DNA of 64,000 nucleotides from an uncultured Bacillaceae bacterium (GCA_963754185.1 CAVWEP010000002.1:830192-894191); one strand, 5' to 3'. Shown: positions 52,003 through 62,154, counted from the stretch's first letter. Made by a program: numbers and translations. The notes: generated by a model not told the origin, from the letters alone.

Positions 52003-53196
52003 TTACGCTTGTGCTTTTAAAGCCTCTGCTTTATCTGTACGCTCCCAAGGAAGATCCACATCTGTACGGCCAAAATGTCCATAAGCAGCTGTTTGATTGT
52101 AGATAGGACGACGAAGATCAAGCATTTTGATAATTCCAGCTGGACGAAGATCAAAGTTATTGCGAATTAATTCAACTAATTTTTCTTCACTTACTTTACC
52201 TGTACCAAAAGTATCAACAGCAATCGATACTGGTTTTGCTACACCAATTGCATAAGCCAAGTTGAACTTCAGCTTTATCAGCAAGGCCAGCTGCTACGAT
52301 ATTTTTCGCTACATAACGAGCAGCATAAGCAGCTGAACGGTCTACTTTCGTTGGATCTTTACCAGAGAATGCACCGCCGCCATGACGAGCATAACCGCCG
52401 TACGTATCAACGATAATTTTACGTCCTGTAAGACCAGCATCCCCTTGAGGTCCGCCAATAACGAAACGGCCAGTTGGGTTAATGAAATATTTTGTTTCGC
52501 ATCTAATAATTCAGCAGGAACGACTGCATTAATAACATGTTCTTTAATATCTGCTTGAATTTGCTCAAGTGTTACTTCCGCATCATGCTGAGTAGAAATA
52601 ACAATTGTATCAACACGAACAGGTTTATTGTTTTCATCATATTCAACCGTTACTTGTGTTTTACCATCAGGACGTAGGTATGTAAGAGTTCCATTTTTAC
52701 GAACTTCTGTCAAACGACGAGCAAAGTTGGTGAGCTAATGAGATTGGAAGAGGCATAAGCTCTGCTGTTTCGTTACAAGCAAAACCAAACATTAACCCTT
52801 GGTCCCCTGCACCGATTGCTTCAATTTCTTCATCAGACATTGTTCCTTCACGTGCTTCAAATGCTTTGTTTACACCTTGTGCAATATCAGCTGATTGTTC
52901 ATTGAAAGAGCTTAGAACAGCACAAGTTTCGGAATCAAAACCATATTTCGCACGAGTGTAACCAATTTCTTTAATCGTTTCACGAACAATACTTGGAATA
53001 TCACATATGCAGAAGTTGTAATTTCTCCCGCTACTAGTACAAGACCTGTTGTTACACTTGTTTCACAAGCAACACGAGCATTCGGATCCTTTGCTAGAAA
53101 TGCATCAAAAATCGAATCTGAAATCTGATCACAAATTTTATCCGGATGACCTTCTGTTACAGATTCGGAAGTAAATAGACGGCGTTTCTTTAACAT
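52003..53196 (-). CDS. metK: S-adenosylmethionine synthetase, several frameshifts
   Basis: [34 protein letters not shown] and AAYGHFGR motifs; SAM riboswitch upstream. Confidence 0.97.
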
Positions 53197-53349
53197 ATTA
53201 TTTCCCCCTTGGAAGTTAATTATGTTCTAGGCATTAGCCTGATTTTTTTTACGGAGTTCAATCCCTTATTAGTTTCTATCATAGTGAAAAAAATAAACAA
53301 AAACCTTCCCTAATGAGGAAAGGTTTATCATTTGCCAACTATCCTTTCA

Positions 53350-53515
53350 CTCTTATCGTTCAAGGGTTCTTTACCTTGCTCAGGTTAGCACCAACACCAC
53401 AATTCCTTGAAAAAATGACTGGCTTTATTTTCGACCTTCATTTTCAATTCAAGTTCAAATATGGCAGGTTGCTGGGTTTCATCGGGCCTGTCCCTCCACC
53501 AACTCAGGATAAGAG
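53350..53515 (-). promoter_or_regulatory. SAM-I riboswitch with long P3; terminator at ~53300-53330
   Basis: CTCTTATC...GAG...GGAGGGACAGGCCCGATGAAACCCAGCAACC...GGTGCTAA...GATAAGAG. Confidence 0.95.
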
Positions 53516-53532
53516 AATCCGTATAGTTTTAG

Positions 53533-53562
53533 ATGATACCGTAACAATTTGAATGTTGTCAA
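53533..53562 (-). promoter_or_regulatory. SigmaA promoter of metK
   Basis: TTGACA-18-TATCAT just upstream of the aptamer. Confidence 0.7.
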
Positions 53563-53584
53563 TATTTTTGAACTAGAGTGAACA

Positions 53585-53800
53585 ATTTCCATCATCGCAT
53601 GACTTTTGAAGTGATTAAGTGTAACTCTTTTCTTAATTCTTTCTTATTTTAATATAAATACTATTCGGCCTCTTCTCATAATTTTGCAAAGAAACCCACT
53701 CCACTCGTTTGAACCAATCAAGCCACATCATCCTCTTTTTAGATAACCGACAGAGCGAGCACGACTGATCGTATAAAGCCCAAGCTTTCAATCTCATCAT
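53585..53800 (-). pseudogene. Truncated DCC1/DUF393 thiol-disulfide oxidoreductase
   Basis: ALYDQSCSLC...MMWLDW...V.WVSLQ N-terminus, then LRKELHLIT in another frame. There is no room for the rest of the gene before the metK promoter. Confidence 0.65.
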
Positions 53801-53941
53801 TCCTTCCCTGTACCTATTTATAGAATATGAGAAAATGAAAAAAAGTGCATTTGGCAATTTTGTAACAAATCAAAAAAAGGCAAAAAAAAAGTAAAAAAAA
53901 AATCACAAAAAAATGCAATTAGTATAGATTATTTATATAAA

Positions 53942-53952
53942 TGTGTTATACT
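53942..53952 (+). promoter_or_regulatory. Extended -10 overlapping a CcpN-like box at pckA
   Basis: TGTGTTATACT matches the CcpN consensus TRTGHYATAYW; CcpN repression of pckA is established in B. subtilis. Confidence 0.6.
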
Positions 53953-53996
53953 AATTACATCAAATAAAACTCCAAACAAAGGAAGGTATTTTATCC

Positions 53997-55583
53997 ATGA
54001 ATTCTGTAGATGTTACGAATGAGTTACATCAATTACTAGCTAGTAAAAGCGCTCAAATACAACTTTCTGTTCCTCAATTAGTCGAAAAAGTACTAAGTCG
54101 TAACGAAGGCGAGCTTACAGCAAGTGGTGCAGTTAAAGCGGTAACGGGAAAATATACAGGTCGTTCTCCTAAAGACAAATATATTGTTGAAGAAGCTTCA
54201 GTAAAAGATAAAGTAGACTGGAACAATAATCAACCAATTTCACAAGAAGTCTTTGATAAATTATATAGTAAAGTAACTGAATATTTAAAACAAAAAGATG
54301 AGTTTTTCGTATTTAAAGGTTTTGCAGGTGCTGATAAATCATCTCGCCTTCCAATTCAAGTTGTCAATGAATTTGCTTGGCACAACCTATTTGCACACCA
54401 GTTATTCATCCGTCCTACAGAAGAAGAATTGGCTAATCACAGTACTGAATTCACTATTTTATCTGCTCCAAGCTTCAAAGCAGATCCAGCTGTAGATGGT
54501 ACAAAAACAGAAACATTTATCATTATCTCTTTTGAACGCCGCACCGTTCTTATTGGTGGTACAGAATATGCTGGAGAAATGAAAAAATCTATCTTCTCTA
54601 TCATGAACTATTTACTTCCTGAGGCAGGAACACTTTCTATGCACTGCTCAGCAAACGTAGGTCGTGAAGGTGATGTAGCTTTATTCTTCGGATTATCAGG
54701 AACAGGTAAAACAACTTTATCTGCAGATGCAAATCGTAAATTAATTGGTGATGACGAGCACGGCTGGTCTTCAAATGGTGTCTTCAATATTGAAGGTGGC
54801 TGCTATGCCAAAACGATTAACCTTTCTCGTGAAAAAGAACCACAAATTTATGATGCAATTCGTTTTGGAACCGTTTTAGAAAACGTGGTATTAGACCCTG
54901 AAACACGTATTCCTAACTATGACGATAACACATTAACAGAAAACACACGTGCAGCATACCCAATGACTGCTATTGACAACATTGTCCTACCAAGTGTAGC
55001 TGGACATCCAAATACGATTGTATTCTTAACAGCTGATGCTTATGGCGTATTGCCTCCAATCAGCAAATTAACGAAAGAACAAGCTATGTTCCATTTCTTA
55101 AGTGGGTTCACTAGTAAACTAGCAGGTACAGAACGCGGTGTTACATCACCAGAAGCAACTTTCTCTACATGTTTCGGTGCTCCATTCTTACCACTTCCTG
55201 CACAACGCTATGCGGAAATGCTTGGTGATAAAATTGATGAGCACAGCGCAAAAGTATTCCTTGTGAACACTGGCTGGACTGGTGGTAAATATGGAACTGG
55301 TAGCCGTATGAAACTTGCTTATACTCGTGCAATGGTTCAAGCTGCTCTTGAAGGTGAATTAACAAACGTGGAAACAGTAAAAGACGAAATCTTTGGTCTA
55401 AACATTCCACTTCATGTACCTGGTGTACCTGACGAAGTTCTTCAACCAAACAAAACTTGGGCTGACCAAGAAGAATACAAAACAACAGCGACTGAGCTAG
55501 CTCGTAAATTCCATGAAAACATTAAAAAATTCGGTAATATTTCTAATGAAATCATTGAGCTTGGCGGACCAATTGTAAAATAA
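53997..55583 (+). CDS. pckA: Phosphoenolpyruvate carboxykinase (ATP)
   Basis: [33 protein letters not shown] and EGGCYAK motifs. Confidence 0.98.
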   Translation: MNSVDVTNELHQLLASKSAQIQLSVPQLVEKVLSRNEGELTASGAVKAVTGKYTGRSPKDKYIVEEASVKDKVDWNNNQPISQEVFDKLYSKVTEYLKQKDEFFVFKGFAGADKSSRLPIQVVNEFAWHNLFAHQLFIRPTEEELANHSTEFTILSAPSFKADPAVDGTKTETFIIISFERRTVLIGGTEYAGEMKKSIFSIMNYLLPEAGTLSMHCSANVGREGDVALFFGLSGTGKTTLSADANRKLIGDDEHGWSSNGVFNIEGGCYAKTINLSREKEPQIYDAIRFGTVLENVVLDPETRIPNYDDNTLTENTRAAYPMTAIDNIVLPSVAGHPNTIVFLTADAYGVLPPISKLTKEQAMFHFLSGFTSKLAGTERGVTSPEATFSTCFGAPFLPLPAQRYAEMLGDKIDEHSAKVFLVNTGWTGGKYGTGSRMKLAYTRAMVQAALEGELTNVETVKDEIFGLNIPLHVPGVPDEVLQPNKTWADQEEYKTTATELARKFHENIKKFGNISNEIIELGGPIVK

Positions 55584-55600
55584 TCATAGTTAAATAGTTT

Positions 55601-55636
55601 AACCCCCATAATGATTTTCCATTATGGGGGTTTTTT
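55601..55636 (+). terminator. pckA terminator
   Basis: AACCCCCATAATG...CATTATGGGGGTTTTTT. Confidence 0.9.
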
Positions 55637-55707
55637 ACTTTTAATATGTTATACTATTTCTTCAATCACTTGAAAAATATTCCAACATTTTTAATAGCAT
55701 ATACAGT

Positions 55708-55800
55708 TTAACGAATTTTTTCTTGATTGTAGCCACGCTCTCCATATGGCTGAAGATGATGTAACCATTTTTCTTCAAGCTTTTCTAACGCCTCTTTTTC
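55708..55800 (-). pseudogene. C-terminal stump of a Bacillus GIY-YIG-family gene
   Basis: EKEALEKLEEKWLHHLQPYGERGYNQEKIR*, recognised from recall; it begins right at the IS right end. Confidence 0.62.
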
Positions 55801-55801
55801 G

Positions 55802-55955
55802 ATGAACCTCCCCCCACCTATCGCGTTCGCGCTTGAGGAGGGGGTTTCTTGTTGTAAGGAATAACCTAGAAGAAACGAAGCGGATGCTTCTAGGTGTACA
55901 CGACACCCTCAACCGTAGTTCTCCTCTAACAAAGTGTATTGTTTAATACACTACT
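55802..55955 (-). mobile_element. Orphan IS200/IS605 right end / TnpB omegaRNA-like scaffold
   Basis: GAACTACGGTTG...CCTAGAAG...CTTCTAGG...CAAGAAACCCCCTCCTCAAGCGCGAACGCGATAGGTGGGGGGAGGTTCAT. Confidence 0.7.
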
Positions 55956-55967
55956 TATTTCACCACT

Positions 55968-57365
55968 TTAAACATCAATTAAAAATAAATAAATTGGTAA
56001 AATAATAATTAAAACTAGGCTGTATACATAATTCACTTTAATTAAGTCAAACACCCTTCTCTTTAATAGTGAAGAAAGTAAACTATTGACAGCCGTCGCT
56101 GGCGAAATCAGATTTGAAATACTCCATCCCGTAAGTAGCAGTATCCCTAAAAATAAGGGTGTTATCCCGACACTAGCTGGGTCTACTGTTGTAGCTAAAA
56201 TCGTTATAAGAATGATCGGATGTGAGCCTATCATTGATGTTAATACGATAAGCAACAAGGTACAAATGGTAAAGGCAATTGGTAGTGGTATTGGCAATGT
56301 AGAAACCAAAGATGGAATCCATTCTCCCAAATCCGTCTGACTCACAGCTCCACTAAAAAAACCAGCTGTTAGAAATAGGACAATTTCTTTTTTTAAAGCC
56401 GGAATACTTTTAGTCACATGGTCTTTTACACCTTGCTTATAGAAGGAAAAAGAACGACTGATTAAGCACCAGAGCATCGGATAGAATATGGCCGTCAGAG
56501 AAATAATAAGGACCATTGACATAGCAACCAATTTCTCCAAAGCTAGAATAAAAGCCATGGCCAAAAGTAAATACCCTACAAGAGGTAGTAATTTCTTAAA
56601 AGAATTCACTTCGTCCTGCTCATGTATTTCTTCATCTTCTTCGAACGCTGCTGCCTCCTCCCTAATTTCGTTATAACGTAAATGCGGAAAATCAATCAAT
56701 ATGCTTACAAAAACGGAAATGACATAAAACCCTATTAAATAGGGCAAAAGCTCTATCCAATTTACATGCAATGAATTTGTAACGACTGCCATCGCTGCAA
56801 AATAAGGTGACCATAAAATAGCAGATGCAAATCCTCGGTTTAATGCATTATTTAAAATTCTCCAAGATCGTGAACTGCGATGAATAGACGCTAAATGGTG
56901 GACAACTGAAACAGATCCAACATTTAAAAACACAGCTAAAATAGTCATTAAAAATTGAGTTATAATAAAAAAGGGCATACTTCCTTTTATTGAGGTACGA
57001 TAGAATTTCTTTAATGCTGAAACATAAACAGGTAATCGGACAGGAATTCCGAACATTGGTGCAAACACAAATAAAGTAACCAGCGTAACATTTAATGTAG
57101 CAGCTTGTTGCCAGCCAGAAAAGGACACTTTTTGATAGAGCATCAATGCCATTCCTAATACGAGAAAGCAGATTGATAGAACTTGGACTGTTCCCCGGAT
57201 TTTCGGTAAACTAACAAGAATAATTACGAGAACCAAAAGACTAAGCACTGAGCGTAACCAAATAAAACCTGTTAATTGCTGCACTACAAACCCGAATGCT
57301 AAACCTAAAATAAGAAATTTATCTAAATAAAATGAGCATACATTCAATACTTGTTTTCTTTTCAT
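55968..57365 (-). CDS. Polytopic membrane protein (~12 TM), possible ion-transporter-superfamily permease
   Basis: 465-aa hydrophobic ORF with a central acidic loop; no motif I can name securely. Confidence 0.75.
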   Translation of the reverse strand: MKRKQVLNVCSFYLDKFLILGLAFGFVVQQLTGFIWLRSVLSLLVLVIILVSLPKIRGTVQVLSICFLVLGMALMLYQKVSFSGWQQAATLNVTLVTLFVFAPMFGIPVRLPVYVSALKKFYRTSIKGSMPFFIITQFLMTILAVFLNVGSVSVVHHLASIHRSSRSWRILNNALNRGFASAILWSPYFAAMAVVTNSLHVNWIELLPYLIGFYVISVFVSILIDFPHLRYNEIREEAAAFEEDEEIHEQDEVNSFKKLLPLVGYLLLAMAFILALEKLVAMSMVLIISLTAIFYPMLWCLISRSFSFYKQGVKDHVTKSIPALKKEIVLFLTAGFFSGAVSQTDLGEWIPSLVSTLPIPLPIAFTICTLLLIVLTSMIGSHPIILITILATTVDPASVGITPLFLGILLLTGWSISNLISPATAVNSLLSSLLKRRVFDLIKVNYVYSLVLIIILPIYLFLIDV

Positions 57366-57514
57366 CTTCTAACTTCTTTACCTTTCTTTTCAGAGATTAT
57401 TTTCTTTCAAAAGTGTATACATACTTTTTCGTCTACTTTGCATAAATCCCTCTTTTTGTACGAAGTCGACTATGTAATAGTTTAACACTAATTACACGTT
57501 TCAAAGTATTAAGA

Positions 57515-57613
57515 GCATTAGAAAAACACGACTTATCGCCCCAATGGCGAAAGTCGATGTCTTTTCTTATACTATCGTCCATTAGATATAAATTCTGATA
57601 GTATAAAAAAACA
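57515..57613. repeat. Dispersed two-hairpin intergenic repeat, copy 2
   Basis: Near-identical to 9809-9906 and in the same orientation. Confidence 0.9.
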
Positions 57614-57667
57614 GACACATGTCAAGTTTAGCGATGTGCTGGTAGGAACCCGCCTAATACGAACAAA

Positions 57668-57712
57668 TCAAAAAGACGATCCTCCACCAATGTCGGAGAA
57701 TCGCCTTAAAAT
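57668..57712 (-). terminator. Terminator after the two small membrane-protein genes
   Basis: AGGCGATTCTCC...GGAGGATCGTCTTTTT on the minus strand. Confidence 0.8.
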
Positions 57713-57735
57713 TAAATGAACTTAACGACCTTATA

Positions 57736-57855
57736 TCATAAACCATTTTTTTTAAAAAAGTTTAAAAACGCATGGAAAATTTCAATCCCTTGATATAAAA
57801 GAAAACTAGATGCTGTAATTGAAAATAAACTAATCATTAGAAAACGAACCCACAT
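57736..57855 (-). CDS. Unannotated 39-aa single-pass membrane peptide
   Basis: AAGGGGG RBS then MWVRFLMISLFSITASSFLLYQGIEIFHAFLNFFKKNGL*, followed by a terminator. Confidence 0.7.
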   Translation of the reverse strand: MWVRFLMISLFSITASSFLLYQGIEIFHAFLNFFKKNGL

Positions 57856-57889
57856 ACATTTTCCCCCCTTGTATTTTTCTTTTGAAAAA

Positions 57890-58213
57890 TCAAGGGATTT
57901 TTATCACATAATTCGCCTGATAAAAAATAGGCGTAAAGAAGATAAGTTTACTGCGGGCCTGGAAAAACAGGGAACTGAATAAGGTAAAAATAAGAGATAA
58001 ACAGACAAAGAATTGTAGAACGTCTGTTGGAATAAAGGGATGTTTCTTAATGTCATCTTTTAAAGGAAAGTCTTGATCGGCTTCATTAAAGGCAGTTACT
58101 GCTTTATTTTCATGCAAATTTAAAGCTTTCGTATTTTCACCAGTAGATTGGGTATATAAGAAAGACAAAAAAGCAAATAGCAATACGAAGGACAAAATTT
58201 TTGTCTTTTTCAT
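57890..58213 (-). CDS. Hypothetical 107-aa protein with N- and C-terminal hydrophobic helices
   Basis: AAAGGGG RBS; MKKTKILSFVLLFAF... and ...FFTPIFYQANYVIKIP. Confidence 0.7.
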   Translation of the reverse strand: MKKTKILSFVLLFAFLSFLYTQSTGENTKALNLHENKAVTAFNEADQDFPLKDDIKKHPFIPTDVLQFFVCLSLIFTLFSSLFFQARSKLIFFTPIFYQANYVIKIP

Positions 58214-58428
58214 CTTCCCATCCCCTTTCGAAAAATATGTATTCATCATAACTACTATTTATATATTAGTAAACAATAAAATGGAAGAAATTTCAAGCAG
58301 GAAGAATAGAACCTCAATATTCCTGAACAAAAAACTCATGACAGAAAAATATATATTTACTAAAAAAAGATGGAAGTATTCTAAATATCACAGCTCCAAC
58401 AAAAAACAGGCACATGGCCTGCTTTTTA

Positions 58429-58671
58429 CTAATTCGTTGAGTTTAATGACGTAAGAAGATAGGTAATCATCGTTTTTTCACTCTCCCATTCGACTCTACG
58501 AATGACAGCTGTACCACTAGACTCAGAATCAATCGTTTTACGAACTTCAATCGGAATATCAATTGGATACAGACGATAGCCTTCTTTCGTTAAATGAAAA
58601 ATATTTTCTTCCTCACGGATTTCATTTCCTTTCGTGACAATCATCGTATTTAATTCAAACGGAACCCCCAT
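58429..58671 (-). CDS. ytmB: DUF2584 family protein
   Basis: MGVPFELNTMIVTKG...GYRLYPIDIP...SLNSTN; fits synteny. Confidence 0.9.
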   Translation of the reverse strand: MGVPFELNTMIVTKGNEIREEENIFHLTKEGYRLYPIDIPIEVRKTIDSESSGTAVIRRVEWESEKTMITYLLTSLNSTN

Positions 58672-58703
58672 GTCATCATCTCCTTAAATTAATTATAGTT
58701 CCA

Positions 58704-59492
58704 TTATTCCACTCTACTTTTCACCCAAGAGGCTAATCGTTCAACAATTTTCCGATTAATCGCTGGCGGGAAATAATGAGTATACTCTGAAAAATACCAG
58801 CACTCCACTTGTTTGTTATTCGCTCGCATCTCTTTTTCTAGTCGATACGCATGCTCTACTGAAACATTTTGATCCTGCACACCATGAATGATTAACACAG
58901 GCATTTGCAGCCCACTGACTGCTGAAAGCGGTGTTCGCCTTTCGTACTGTTCCGGACATCTCGTTGGTGAACCTCCAATGACACGTTTCATCATTCTACG
59001 CATGTCCACTCTTTCTTCATATGTTAAAAACATATCAGATACTCCGCCCCAAGTAACCAATGAGGTCGCTGTCGGACATTCAAGTGCCGTCCAAAGCGCC
59101 ATAATCCCGCCTCGCGAAAAGCCAAAAATATGAATGCTCTCTTTTTTCACTCGAGGATGATTCACTAACAGTGTAAAACCAGAAATCGCATCATAACGGT
59201 CATCCCCTGCAAAATCCTCATCCCCTTCTCCACCTTGATTCCCACGATAAAACGGGGCGAATACGATAAACCCTTCCGCTGCAAATTGTACAATACGCGA
59301 TGGTCGAACTTTACCGACGTTTTTTATTCCGCCACGTAAATATAAAAAACCATCATGCACCTCTCCATCATTTGGCTCAGCTAACAATCCCTTTACCTCT
59401 AACCCTTGCGATATGTATGTCACAGAATACAAATGAATATTTGGATGCGGTGATGGAAACCGTTGTTTTGAAATGATCTTGCCGTCTTGCAT
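58704..59492 (-). CDS. ytmA: S9/prolyl-oligopeptidase-like hydrolase
   Basis: YLRGGIKNVG, GFSRGG (nucleophile Ser), IIHG.QD and HYF motifs. Confidence 0.9.
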   Translation of the reverse strand: MQDGKIISKQRFPSPHPNIHLYSVTYISQGLEVKGLLAEPNDGEVHDGFLYLRGGIKNVGKVRPSRIVQFAAEGFIVFAPFYRGNQGGEGDEDFAGDDRYDAISGFTLLVNHPRVKKESIHIFGFSRGGIMALWTALECPTATSLVTWGGVSDMFLTYEERVDMRRMMKRVIGGSPTRCPEQYERRTPLSAVSGLQMPVLIIHGVQDQNVSVEHAYRLEKEMRANNKQVECWYFSEYTHYFPPAINRKIVERLASWVKSRVE

Positions 59493-59608
59493 GAAACCGC
59501 TCCTTTCTTCTTCTAGTGTAAAGCATTTTGTGCAATTTATCCCTTATTGAGCACAATTAGAGCCTAGAGTTCATAAGATATTTATAGAACACAAAGGAGG
59601 AAAAAATT

Positions 59609-60604
59609 ATGAAAAAGTGGGTAAAAGCAACCTTTCTTTTCGTATTGGCTTGTTTGTTATTAATTCCTCTGGCAGCCTGTGGAACTCAAGAGGTCACAAA
59701 AGTCCGCGTAGCCGAAGTAACACGTTCTCTTTTTTATACCCCGCAATATGTAGCAATTGAAAGAGGCTTTTTTGAAGAACAAGGCTTGGAAATTGATTTA
59801 AAAACAACCGCTGGTGGAGATAAAACGATGACAGCACTACTATCTGATGGTGCAGATGTGGCGCTTGTTGGTTCTGAAACGTCGATTTACGTGACTGCTC
59901 AAGGCACGAGTGATCCCATCATCAACTTTGCACAGCTTACTCAAACAGATGGTACGTTCCTTGTTTCTCGAAAACCCATTACAAACTTTGAGTGGGATAT
60001 GCTAAAAGACTCGACCTTCCTTGGTCAACGAAAAGGCGGCATGCCACAAATGGCTGGTGAATTTGTCTTGAAAAAACACGGCATTGATCCGCATCAAGAT
60101 TTGACTCTAATCCAAAATGTAGACTTCGCTAACATTGCTACAGCTTTTGCTTCTGGAACAGGCGATTTTGTTCAGCTATTTGAACCGACAGCGAGCATTT
60201 TTGAAAAAGAAGGGAAAGGCCATATCGTTGCTTCTTTCGGTACAGAATCTGGTCATCTTCCGTATACCGTATTCATGGCAAAAGAAAGCTATTTGAAAGA
60301 ACATAAGGATACAGCTGAAAAATTCACCTTTGCACTACAAAAAGCTCAAAAATGGGTTCAAGAAACAGATTCAAAGGAAATTGCCAAAGTAATTGCGCCA
60401 TATTTTGAGGATACCGACCTAGACATTATGGTAACTGTTATTGATCGCTACAAAGCACAAGGATCATTTGCCACGGATCCAATTTTAGATGAAGAAGAAT
60501 GGAATAACTTGCAGGATATTATGGATGAAGCCGGTGAATTGCCAGCACGAATGAAATACGAAGATTTAGTAAATACCGAATTTGCCGAAAAAGTAGCGGA
60601 GTAA
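59609..60604 (+). CDS. ytlA: ABC substrate-binding lipoprotein (NMT1/SsuA-like)
   Basis: Lipobox LAAC; EVTRSLFYTPQYVA and GQRKGGMPQM motifs. Confidence 0.9.
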   Translation: MKKWVKATFLFVLACLLLIPLAACGTQEVTKVRVAEVTRSLFYTPQYVAIERGFFEEQGLEIDLKTTAGGDKTMTALLSDGADVALVGSETSIYVTAQGTSDPIINFAQLTQTDGTFLVSRKPITNFEWDMLKDSTFLGQRKGGMPQMAGEFVLKKHGIDPHQDLTLIQNVDFANIATAFASGTGDFVQLFEPTASIFEKEGKGHIVASFGTESGHLPYTVFMAKESYLKEHKDTAEKFTFALQKAQKWVQETDSKEIAKVIAPYFEDTDLDIMVTVIDRYKAQGSFATDPILDEEEWNNLQDIMDEAGELPARMKYEDLVNTEFAEKVAE

Positions 60605-60608
60605 GGCA

Positions 60609-61373
60609 ATGGTATTTTTAAAAATTAACTCTATCCACCATACGTATTTTACGAAAGATACCGCAACAACCGCACTTGAAAATGTCAACCTTACTATTGA
60701 AAAAGGAGAATTTATTTCCTTTCTTGGTCCGAGTGGTTGTGGAAAAACGACCTTGCTCTCCATTATTGCTGGACTCTTCCCGCCTACTTCGGGAGAAATC
60801 CTATTAGAAGGAAAACGGCTGAAAGCTGGGCAGGATACATCCATCGGCTATATGCTGCAGCAGGATTATTTGTTTCCGTGGAAAACGATTGAGGAAAATG
60901 TCATTTTAGGGTTAAGACTATTGAACATAAAGAACATCGAAGGAAAAGCGTCACAATTGTTAAACGAAGTCGGGTTAACTGGTGTCGAAAAACAATATCC
61001 AAAGCAATTGTCGGGTGGGATGAGACAGCGTGTCGCTCTCGCCCGCACGCTTGCTGTGGATCCCAAAATTCTCCTATTAGATGAACCCTTCTCTGCACTT
61101 GATTACCAATCGAAGCTCAAGCTTGAGGATCTTGTCTCTGAAACATTGAAAGCATTTGGAAAAACAACTATTCTCGTGACCCATGACATCGGTGAAGCCA
61201 TTGCCATGAGCGACCGAATTTATTTATTCTCAGCCAAACCAGGTCGTGTTTATCGAACGTTTGACGTACCTGCTGATTTACGAATAGTAAAGCCCTTCGT
61301 TGCTCGGAATCACCCACTATATCCCTCTCTCTTTCAAACCATTTGGAAGGAGCTTGAAAGTCTTGAACATTAA
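60609..61373 (+). CDS. ytlC: ABC ATP-binding subunit (TauB/SsuB-like)
   Basis: [17 protein letters not shown] and LDEPFSALD motifs. Confidence 0.92.
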   Translation: MVFLKINSIHHTYFTKDTATTALENVNLTIEKGEFISFLGPSGCGKTTLLSIIAGLFPPTSGEILLEGKRLKAGQDTSIGYMLQQDYLFPWKTIEENVILGLRLLNIKNIEGKASQLLNEVGLTGVEKQYPKQLSGGMRQRVALARTLAVDPKILLLDEPFSALDYQSKLKLEDLVSETLKAFGKTTILVTHDIGEAIAMSDRIYLFSAKPGRVYRTFDVPADLRIVKPFVARNHPLYPSLFQTIWKELESLEH

Positions 61374-62154
61374 CCAACTTCATCATGAATTTAAAGCTTC
61401 TTTGGTCAGAGAAAAACGCTGGGTCGGATTTTATCAAGCTTTGATTTTCATTATCTTTTTCAGTGGCTGGGAAATCGCATCAAGAATGCAATGGATTGAT
61501 CCACTCATCTTCAGCTCTCCTACCAAGGTATGGCAGCTATTTATCACAAAAATAAATGATGGTACACTTATGTCTCATATCGGCGTCACCGTCTTTGAAA
61601 CCATTCTCGGATTTATCATCGGCACTTTGCTTGGCACCTTACTTGCATCCGCTCTCTGGTGGTCTCCGATGTTATCAAAGATTCTCGATCCATATCTAGT
61701 AATTTTAAATGCCATGCCAAAAGTAGCACTTGGTCCAATTTTAATTGTAGCGATGGGTCCTGGATTTACCTCCATTATTGCGATGGGCGCTATCATTTCC
61801 ATCATCATTACCACGATTGTTATCTATAATGCCTTTAATGAAGTAGATTCAAATTATTTGAAAGTACTGCAAACATTTGGAGCCACACGTGCACAATCAT
61901 TTATGGAGGCCGTTTTACCATCTTCTTTTTCAACGATTATTTCCACATTGAAAGTAAATGTAGGGCTATCTTGGGTGGGTGTCATTGTCGGCGAATTTCT
62001 TGTATCTGCAAAAGGTCTTGGATACCTCATTATTTATGGCTTCCAAGTATTCAATTTCACCCTCGTTATGCTCTCACTCATGATTATCGCTGTCTTTGCG
62101 ACCATTATGTATCAGCTTGTAGAATGGTTAGAAAAAAAATTAATCAAGCATTGA
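61363..62154 (+). CDS. ytlD: ABC permease
   Basis: [14 protein letters not shown]-like loop and GVIVGEFL motifs; TTG start after AAGGAG. Confidence 0.9.
   Translation: MNINQLHHEFKASLVREKRWVGFYQALIFIIFFSGWEIASRMQWIDPLIFSSPTKVWQLFITKINDGTLMSHIGVTVFETILGFIIGTLLGTLLASALWWSPMLSKILDPYLVILNAMPKVALGPILIVAMGPGFTSIIAMGAIISIIITTIVIYNAFNEVDSNYLKVLQTFGATRAQSFMEAVLPSSFSTIISTLKVNVGLSWVGVIVGEFLVSAKGLGYLIIYGFQVFNFTLVMLSLMIIAVFATIMYQLVEWLEKKLIKH

Noticed and set aside
57433-57618. 61-aa ORF MSVFLYYQ...
   Set aside because: It runs through the dispersed two-hairpin repeat, has no RBS and is not protein-like.
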